The notes beneath the pieces were generated by a model. The model did no database searches. It saw only the letters and a list, made by a program, of their open reading frames with translations, and was not told the DNA's origin. From an uncultured Methanosarcinaceae archaeon (GTDB lineage Archaea > Halobacteriota > Methanosarcinia > Methanosarcinales > Methanosarcinaceae), in contig CAVTET010000001.1 of the NCBI GenBank assembly GCA_963733675.1, positions 928,001 to 992,000 on the forward strand: a DNA stretch of 64,000 bases, written 5' to 3'. Shown here one piece after another: positions 56,849-64,000 of the stretch; within the stretch, counting starts at the first letter, position 1; each line of letters opens with the position of its first letter. The translations under genes and the position numbers were made by a program.

Positions 56849-57685
56849 TTATGTGACGGTAACTTTGCTCAATCTCCACCGTGCAATAAGAAACATTATT
56901 CCCATAAAAGCCACAAGAGTTAGGAACGAAACAAGAACATCTCCCTGAGTATAAGTGTAATGAATTCCTATTGATGAAAAATCGCTCCCTATAGTAAAAT
57001 ACCTGATCGCACTGATGAGATGATTGAGTGGATTGACTGCTGACAAAGTTCTGAGTATAGGGGGAAAAGAGTTCACAGGGTAAAGTGCATTGCTCACGAA
57101 AAAGAAAGGCATAGTCAGCAGGGTTATTACCGCTTGCATGCCTTCTGGACTCTCCATAGTTATTGCGATCGCAACTGAAAGGAAAAGAAATCCAAGAGAG
57201 AATATCCCTATAAAAAGCATAATTCCAAACAATGAAACAAGAATCTGTAGCTGAGTATAACCTTCAAAAAATCGGACTCCAAGCAGAAGTCCAAAAACCA
57301 TGATAACAGCTGACTGGATAAAAGACTTGATCATGCTTGAAAGTCCGATTCCTAGAATGATATGATTCCTTGGCAGAGGGCTTGCAAGAGTCTCTCGCAT
57401 AAGTCCCCAGTTTTTATCGAAGAGCAACACAGTCCCCCCTAAAAGGCTCGTAAAAAGTGTGGTCATAGCAATAATGCCTGCACCTATGAAGGTCAGATAG
57501 CCTACCGTCCTGACGCCTGGGATCGCTGGCAATGTTGCTGTAAGCCTATCAAAGTTATTAGACATTGCAATTCCAAAAAAAGCTAACCAAAGAGCAGGCT
57601 GGATAAGTGTGGCGAACAGGAGTGCTCGGAATCGGACAAATCTTAGCATGTCTCGCCAATAGATAGTAAGAAATCCTGTATGCAT
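56849..57685 (-). CDS. ABC-2 type exporter permease
   Basis: Multi-TM; RETLASPLPR, SNALYP and NPLNH motifs. Confidence 0.9.
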   Translation of the reverse strand: MHTGFLTIYWRDMLRFVRFRALLFATLIQPALWLAFFGIAMSNNFDRLTATLPAIPGVRTVGYLTFIGAGIIAMTTLFTSLLGGTVLLFDKNWGLMRETLASPLPRNHIILGIGLSSMIKSFIQSAVIMVFGLLLGVRFFEGYTQLQILVSLFGIMLFIGIFSLGFLFLSVAIAITMESPEGMQAVITLLTMPFFFVSNALYPVNSFPPILRTLSAVNPLNHLISAIRYFTIGSDFSSIGIHYTYTQGDVLVSFLTLVAFMGIMFLIARWRLSKVTVT

Positions 57686-57688
57686 ATT

Positions 57689-58681
57689 TTAATGTCCTCT
57701 TGTCCTCAAAGATACCTCATAACCCTTTTCTGTTTCTGCATCTCTTAACTCTTTCCCAGTATAATGGACAAAGACATCGTCCATTGACGGTTTTTTGAGA
57801 TTTATGGCTTTTATTGTAATCCCACCAGTTCGAAGCTTATCCAGGATCTCAGGCAGTAAATATGTGCCATCCACATTGATCATAACAACTATTCCTTTCG
57901 TTTTTTCCTTAATCCCTTTTACACTGTTTAGCTGCTTCAGTATTTCTCTAGCCTCCGAGTTGTCGCTAGTTTCCAAGTATATAAGGTCCTCTCCAAGCGC
58001 ATTTTTTAACTCCCATGGCTTGCCTGCGACAATTATCTTCCCATGATCTATAATGCTTATTCTATCGGCGAGCTGGTCAGCTTCATCCATATAATGGGTT
58101 GTTAGGAAAATGGTTGTGCCCTGTTTGTTTATATCCTTTATATACTTCCATATTCGGATCCTTGTCTGAATATCGAGCCCCAGTGTGGGCTCATCCATGA
58201 ATAGCACTCTCGGGTGGGTCATAAGCCCTCTTGCGATCTCAAGCCTGCGTTTCATTCCACCGCTTAGATGCCTTGTTAGAGTATCCCGTTTCTCTTCGAG
58301 CTTAACCAAGTCAAGCAGTTCATCAACTCGTGCATTCCTTGCATTTTTTGGCATGGAATAAAGTTTTCCATGATATTCTAGAATCTCTCTCACAGTCATA
58401 TTCCTGTCGAGGGTTAGCTCCTGAAAAACGATCCCTATAGACTCCCTTACTTTTTCAGGCTCTGTTTTCAGATCATACCCTGCAATACTTACGCTTCCTT
58501 TCTGAATAGGCAAAAGGGTAGTAAGGACATTGATCACAGTACTTTTCCCCGCTCCATTTGGCCCAAGAAAAGAAAAGATTTCCCCTTTCCTAACTGTAAA
58601 ATTGATATTATCGACAGCCTTTACCTCACCGAAAAAATACTCAAGGCCATTTACATCTATGATATTATCTTCCATAAACAA
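57689..58681 (-). CDS. ABC exporter ATP-binding protein (DrrA-like)
   Basis: GPNGAGKS, LSGGMKRR, DEPT and TTHY motifs. Confidence 0.93.
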   Translation of the reverse strand: MFMEDNIIDVNGLEYFFGEVKAVDNINFTVRKGEIFSFLGPNGAGKSTVINVLTTLLPIQKGSVSIAGYDLKTEPEKVRESIGIVFQELTLDRNMTVREILEYHGKLYSMPKNARNARVDELLDLVKLEEKRDTLTRHLSGGMKRRLEIARGLMTHPRVLFMDEPTLGLDIQTRIRIWKYIKDINKQGTTIFLTTHYMDEADQLADRISIIDHGKIIVAGKPWELKNALGEDLIYLETSDNSEAREILKQLNSVKGIKEKTKGIVVMINVDGTYLLPEILDKLRTGGITIKAINLKKPSMDDVFVHYTGKELRDAETEKGYEVSLRTRGH

Positions 58682-59676
58682 TCCATCATCTGCTTTTTAC
58701 CTAAGGAAAATTCAACCTTCAATAGTTAATAGATCTTTTGTTGTTAGGAAATTTTTGGCAGTTTACCGAATGTTCTGTAAATATGATCGACTTATATCCT
58801 TTTTCGTCATCATTATAAACAGGAGGCCCTCAATCGGTTAGCAGAACTGGTTGGGAGTCCAAAAAATAAGTTTGAACGCATTTGGTTAATTATCTCACGA
58901 ACTACTTAAGCAATTTTCTATTATTAGTAACTTCATGCAAATAAATGTGTATTGGTATTTACATTTTTAGACAAACTGCCACCAAAATAGTTAATCAAGG
59001 ATAACTATTGGCATCAAGTCCATATTATTTGAGTACTCCTCTATAAGTTAAAGTAACTTGTCATATTTTTGGGTCAGCTTTCAGAGCAAAATCAAAAGGT
59101 TATGATGTAGTAATGAAAAGACAGTAAAAGAACATCTAACTTTTTGTTCAAAGCACTTATACTTCATATTTTGTTCTATAATGCATATGAAAATTTAATC
59201 ACTAGTTAACAAATTTATTGGCTAAGTCCCAAAGGAATCTTCGCTTTACCTATATAAGCCATGGTTGATGAAAGTTTCATCATCTTTTAACTTGTCCATG
59301 CATTTGAAAGATATTCGCTTAAGTGAATATCTAGATAACTTATAACCTATCCGAAAAGTCATTAATGGCATGTTGTAAAGGATCCAGACAGGGAGTGGTA
59401 AATACACACAAATTTTATGAGCTCATTAGAAGCACTTGGCTGGATTTAAATTGTCATGCTAATAGTTTAACATTAACCTATTGAGAACCGTATTTTAAGA
59501 GAATTATAAGAATCTATTTTTATAATTTTTATACCATAATATAATTTCAAAATATCAAAGATGAGATTTTTAGATGCCAAGAGTAGTATTCTTGATTCAG
59601 AAAAATTATGTTTTCATTTACCATACTTTTTTAATAGACAAACTTAAATTTAAATTTGAAAGTGTTTTCTTTGTGT

Positions 59677-60444
59677 TTAAGTTAGTTTTTGAAACCCTGC
59701 GGGATTGAATGGTAAAGTGAAATAAAAAGTTGAACCTTTACTCGGTTCAGATTCTACCCATATACGTCCACCCTGTTTTTCTATAATTTTTTTACAAATC
59801 GCAAGCCCCATTCCTGTTCCAGGATATTCTTCCCTTTTATGCAGTCTTTTAAAATATTCAAAGATTCTTTCAAAATGTTGCGGCTCAATTCCAATTCCGT
59901 TATCCTGCACTGAAAATGTCCATTCGTTTGTTTTTTCCTCTGCATAAATATGAATTTTTGGTGACTCTTCATTGTGGAATTTTATTCCATTCATAATTAT
60001 ATTCTGAAATACTTGAATTAACTGGGTAGGATCTACTATTATCTCAGGTAAAGGGCCATGAGATATAGTAGCATTATTTTCTTTTATTATCAATTTTAAA
60101 TTAGATAGTGCCTGATTCAAAATAAAGTTACAATTCGTAGTTTCAGGTTCTCTAGCACATGTAGTCACTCGAGAGAAGTTTAAGAGATCATTTACCATAT
60201 TTTGCATACGGGAAGCCCCTTCTACAGCGAAGTAGATATATTTATCAGCTTTCTCATCGAGATTGCCTTGATATCGCCTTTGTAAAAGCTGCAAATAACT
60301 TGTGATCATCCTCAGGGGTTCTTGCAAATCATGAGATGAAATGTAAGCAAATTGTTCTAATTCTGCATTGGAGAAGGTAAGTTCTTCTAATTTCAATTTT
60401 AAAGTTTCTTCTGCTTTTTTGAGCTCCATCATGTCTGTGACCAC
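59677..60444 (-). CDS. sensor histidine kinase, HisKA + HATPase only (5'-truncated, possibly a pseudogene)
   Basis: SHDLQEPLR H-box, NGIKF, DNGIGI and GTGMGL; PAS-end relic AWCIVVTD just upstream. Confidence 0.8.
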   Translation of the reverse strand: MVTDMMELKKAEETLKLKLEELTFSNAELEQFAYISSHDLQEPLRMITSYLQLLQRRYQGNLDEKADKYIYFAVEGASRMQNMVNDLLNFSRVTTCAREPETTNCNFILNQALSNLKLIIKENNATISHGPLPEIIVDPTQLIQVFQNIIMNGIKFHNEESPKIHIYAEEKTNEWTFSVQDNGIGIEPQHFERIFEYFKRLHKREEYPGTGMGLAICKKIIEKQGGRIWVESEPSKGSTFYFTLPFNPAGFQKLT

Positions 60445-60566
60445 AATGCACCAGGCATTCGGTGATTCCTTAGACCTAATGAATTAATAGATAGGTTTTC
60501 TACAAAGCCACAACTATATCACTTTATAAGCTTTATTTTAGTTCATCCTTAACCGCATCATTCAAG

Positions 60567-62451
60567 TTACCACTTGAAGAACCTAGCCGCCCAGCTCACT
60601 TTTCTTCTCAGTAAATATTTCCTTAACTCATCTATTCCAAGCAGGAAGACTGCAAAAGGAACTGCAAGCAGCAGATATCTGAGATCAGGGGGAGAGGTAT
60701 TGGAAATGAGATTTGCAAAAGGATTCCAGATAATAAAGGCAAGAATCAGAAGTTCACTTGCAATCCCTAAAAGAATCATGCGGTTGCTGAATAATCCCAT
60801 TGTGAAGACTGACTGGAACCGAGTTCTGGATGCAAAAACGTTGGCTATCTGGCAGATTATTACCGCTGAAAAGAAAGCTGTTATAGCCTGCATATAAAGA
60901 GAATTGTTATTTGCAAGCTGCTCGCCGAAATTCCAACCTCCTTCAAAAAGTACGGCAAAATAACAGAAAAAGCCTGCAAGAGCTTCTATAGGTCCTTTTA
61001 GTCCGTAAGCTGTAAGAAGTACCTGAGGAGTTAATAATTTTTCATCCCTGGCTCTCGGGGGTCTTTTCATAATACCCTCTTCTCCGTTTTCCACCCCCAG
61101 AGCAATCGCAGGCAGCATATCTGTACCAAGATCAATTGCCAGAATAAGCTGTACTGGCATAGGAAGAGGCAGGGCAAAAAGGATGAAAGCTATAAAAGGT
61201 AGAACTTCAGGAATAGTATGAGCAATAATATACACAATGAACTTTTTTATATTATCAAAAACGGTTCTGCCTTCTTCTACAGCATATACGATTGTAGCGA
61301 AGTTATCATCCAGAAGCACCATATCTGCAGCTTCTCGGGCAACATCTGTGCCGCTTCCCATTGCACCCCCATATCTGCATTCTTGATAGCAGGCGCGTCA
61401 TTAACCCCATCTCCTGTCATGGTCACAATCTCTCCTTCAGCCTGGAAAAGCTGTACGATCTTCAATTTTTGTGCAGGAGAAGTACGGGCGAATACAATGC
61501 TTGGGTTTTTCAATCTTGAAGAAAGATCTGTACTTGAGAGTGACTTAAGCTCGTCTCCGGTAATAATTTCAAGGCTTTTGGAATCCGCAAGTCCCACGTT
61601 CTTTGCGATTGCTTCTGCAGTGACCGGGTGATCACCAGTTATCATAACAACCTTTATCCCAGCTGTATGACATTTTGCAATAGCCTCTCTGGCTTCGGGG
61701 CGCGGAGGGTCTACAATCCCGATAAATCCCAGGAAAACAAAGTCTCCTGTATACTCTTTCTGCTCTTCTGCTTGCCTGTATGCAAGGGCAATTACACGTT
61801 CTCCTCTTTCTGCAAGTCTAAGATGCTGGTCAAAGAGTTCCTTTTTCTTTTCTTTGGTCAGTTCCCCCGCCTCTCCTGATTCCATAATTGCCCCACACAT
61901 TTCCACAACCACTTCGGGAGCACCTTTAAGGTATACTTCGAGTTTACCTTCAGGAGTGCGGCAGATAACTTCCATTCTCTTGGTAAAGGAATCAAAAGGA
62001 AACTCTTTCATCCTTTGATAATCACTCTGAAGCTTTCTTATATCCTGGAAACTATTTGCAAAAACAAGAAGTGCTCCTTCGGTAGGATAGCCGGTATATT
62101 CAGTGGGTAATTCGCGAAGTTTTGAGTTATTACATAGCCCTGCGACCCTTATTAAAGCAGGATACACCTTTTCAGGATCCCACATGAGACTTTCTACAAT
62201 ATAAACCCTTTTTGCTCCTGAACTTGTAACTTTTCCTGCAATGCCTTGTTTTGTACTTTCTTCTGCCTCCTGCTCTGCAACCACTTTTTCAAGACCTGAA
62301 GGTATTTTAGGTACGAGACTTTCAAAATCGACGATGAGAGAATTTACTGCCATCCTGTTCTGGGTAAGAGTTCCGGTTTTGTCAGTGCAGATGACAGTAG
62401 TCGAGCCCAGAGTTTCTACGGATTCTAGGTTCTTTATAAGGGCATTCTGCG
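60567..62451 (-). pseudogene. cation-transporting P-type (II) ATPase pseudogene
   Basis: DKTGTLT, KGAPE, DPPR, TGDH and TGDGVND motifs; frameshift near 61365; N-terminal half absent beyond the MITE. Confidence 0.9.
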
Positions 62452-62601
62452 GGTTCTGGTGCAAAAAATCTGGCTTTGTTGCAAAATCAATGAAAAACTT
62501 CACAATTAGGAAATTTAATCAATATCCTCAAGGAAAAAATGATACACAAAGGTAAGAATTATGGTATCAAACTGCAGAAATATTATTTTTGCACCAGAAC
62601 C
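62452..62601. mobile_element. 150-bp MITE with IS6-type TIRs (copy 2)
   Basis: Perfect GGTTCTGGTGCAAAAA / TTTTTGCACCAGAACC; collinear with 3497-3646. Confidence 0.9.
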
Positions 62602-62924
62602 CGTTATCAGCTTTAGGTAATACTTTAGGATCTGACTTTATCATACTATATACCCCCTTATAATTCAATATACATTATGCAGATTTGTTTTTAGTAATTG
62701 TTTTTACAATATAGATATGTTATAACCTATATGTACTAATGTATTCTTATATTTTACTTGTAGAGTCTAAATACTAGATTTAAAAATAAGGTCACAAATA
62801 TTTGGAAATTTTAAGTATGTCCATGATATACCTACACAGCTTAAGCTTATGATGAGTTTAATGTAATGAAGCCTTTAATTATTGTGAGATTTAATCATTA
62901 TAGAGAGATCTATTTGGAAGACTA

Positions 62925-63110
62925 TAATGGAGATTTTTCTGATATTTTCTATTTATGATTGTAGTTTAGTTTAATTAGTTCCAAGTGTTCCAGGGGCTCC
63001 ACATGTTCTAGAAGTCCCATAAGCTCCATGAGTAATGTATCAGCAACCTTTTCTTATTATTGATGGCATTTAGGAAATTTATAGACTCTATCACAAAAGC
63101 TATACATGTA
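62925..63110 (-). repeat. ~190-bp dispersed repeat with micro-ORF (copy 3; ORF 63029-62949)
   Basis: ORF MELMGLLEHVEPLEHLELIKLNYNHK; flanks match copy 2 (ATTTCCTAAATGCCATCA, ATAGAAAATATCAGAAA). Confidence 0.85.
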
Positions 63111-63192
63111 AATAAGTATAAGATAAGTATAAGAAGAACTAGCTCACTGCGGTACATAAACTCACTCTTCAGCTACCGATATGTTGTGTGTA

Positions 63193-64000
63193 GTGAGCTA
63201 CCCCTATCGGTTAATTAGAAGTAATTGGCAAATAAGGAGTTTCTTGGTTCATTTCTTTCTCTATCAAGAACAAGTCCCCAAGCTCATCCCCCACATTCCG
63301 TAGGCTTCAGACTCTAATTCGATTTTGATCTTGAAGTGAGAATTTTTTAATATTAAGTGCAGCATTGCTATCTCTATCATTTTTGTATTACAATTGGGAC
63401 AGATTAATTCTCTATCCTTTAACGTTAGATTAGAATTGTGATATCCACAAACATTACATATTTTAGATGATGATTCAAACTGTCAAATTTTAAGAATCGT
63501 TTTTCCTAGCCATTCAGCTTTATATGTTAATTTTGTAACAAAACTACTCCATACTGCATCGGAAATTGATTTAGTAGACAATGATTTCGTTGCATTTCTT
63601 TAACAATCAGAGTTTCCAATGATACAGCTTGATTCTCGCTAACAAGTTTATTTGTTGCGATTATTAGAACCTTTAACTTTTTTTGACATTCTCTTCTGTA
63701 AACACTTCAATCGTTGAAGAGCGTTTTGGAGATACTTTGGATTTTTAACTTTTTCTCCAGTAGAAATAACTACACAGTCTGTGAGCCCTACGTCAATTTC
63801 TATTGTAGTTAATTTAGAAAACTTTTGTCTAACTGGAAGTTCTTTTTCTTTATCTATAAGTATACTAATATAGTATTTCCCTATAGGTGACATTGATAAT
63901 GTTGCAGTTTTTAGAATACCTTCAAAACGTCTATGAATAATAGCTTTAACTTCACCAATCTTGGGAAGTTTGATAATTCCTTTCTCAAAATCAACTTTAT
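63193..64000 (-). mobile_element. tnpB: IS605-type tnpB pseudogene and right end (continues beyond the window)
   Basis: IKLPKIGEVKA, EIDVGL, CNVCGY..CPNC and DRDSNAALNIK relics with stops and frameshifts; end GTAGCTCAC at 63193. Confidence 0.85.

Overview
AT-rich chromosomal segment of a Methanosarcina-type methanogenic archaeon. The assignment rests on pta-ackA, artA-psd-pssA, PCNA-PriL, TFS, archease-RtcB, aIF5A-agmatinase, AglB and two tRNA-Thr genes. Intact housekeeping blocks are separated by long AT-rich spacers holding many pseudogenes and IS fossils (IS5, IS200/IS605 tnpA/tnpB, IS66, IS110), plus one apparently intact IS6. Four dispersed repeat families were read by eye. (1) About 11 copies of a ~90-bp MITE sharing TIRs with the IS5 fossils; one supplies a host stop codon. 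(2) Two 150-bp IS6-type MITEs, one at the truncation point of a P-type ATPase. (3) Three copies of a ~190-bp element with no visible TIRs that keeps an intact 26-32 aa (hydrophobic-E-L/H)n micro-ORF; this is the best candidate for something undescribed. (4) A degenerate promoter-proximal repeat. No CRISPR array, rRNA or integrase was seen. Product calls come from motif recognition only; no database search was run, and pseudogene and fossil boundaries are approximate.
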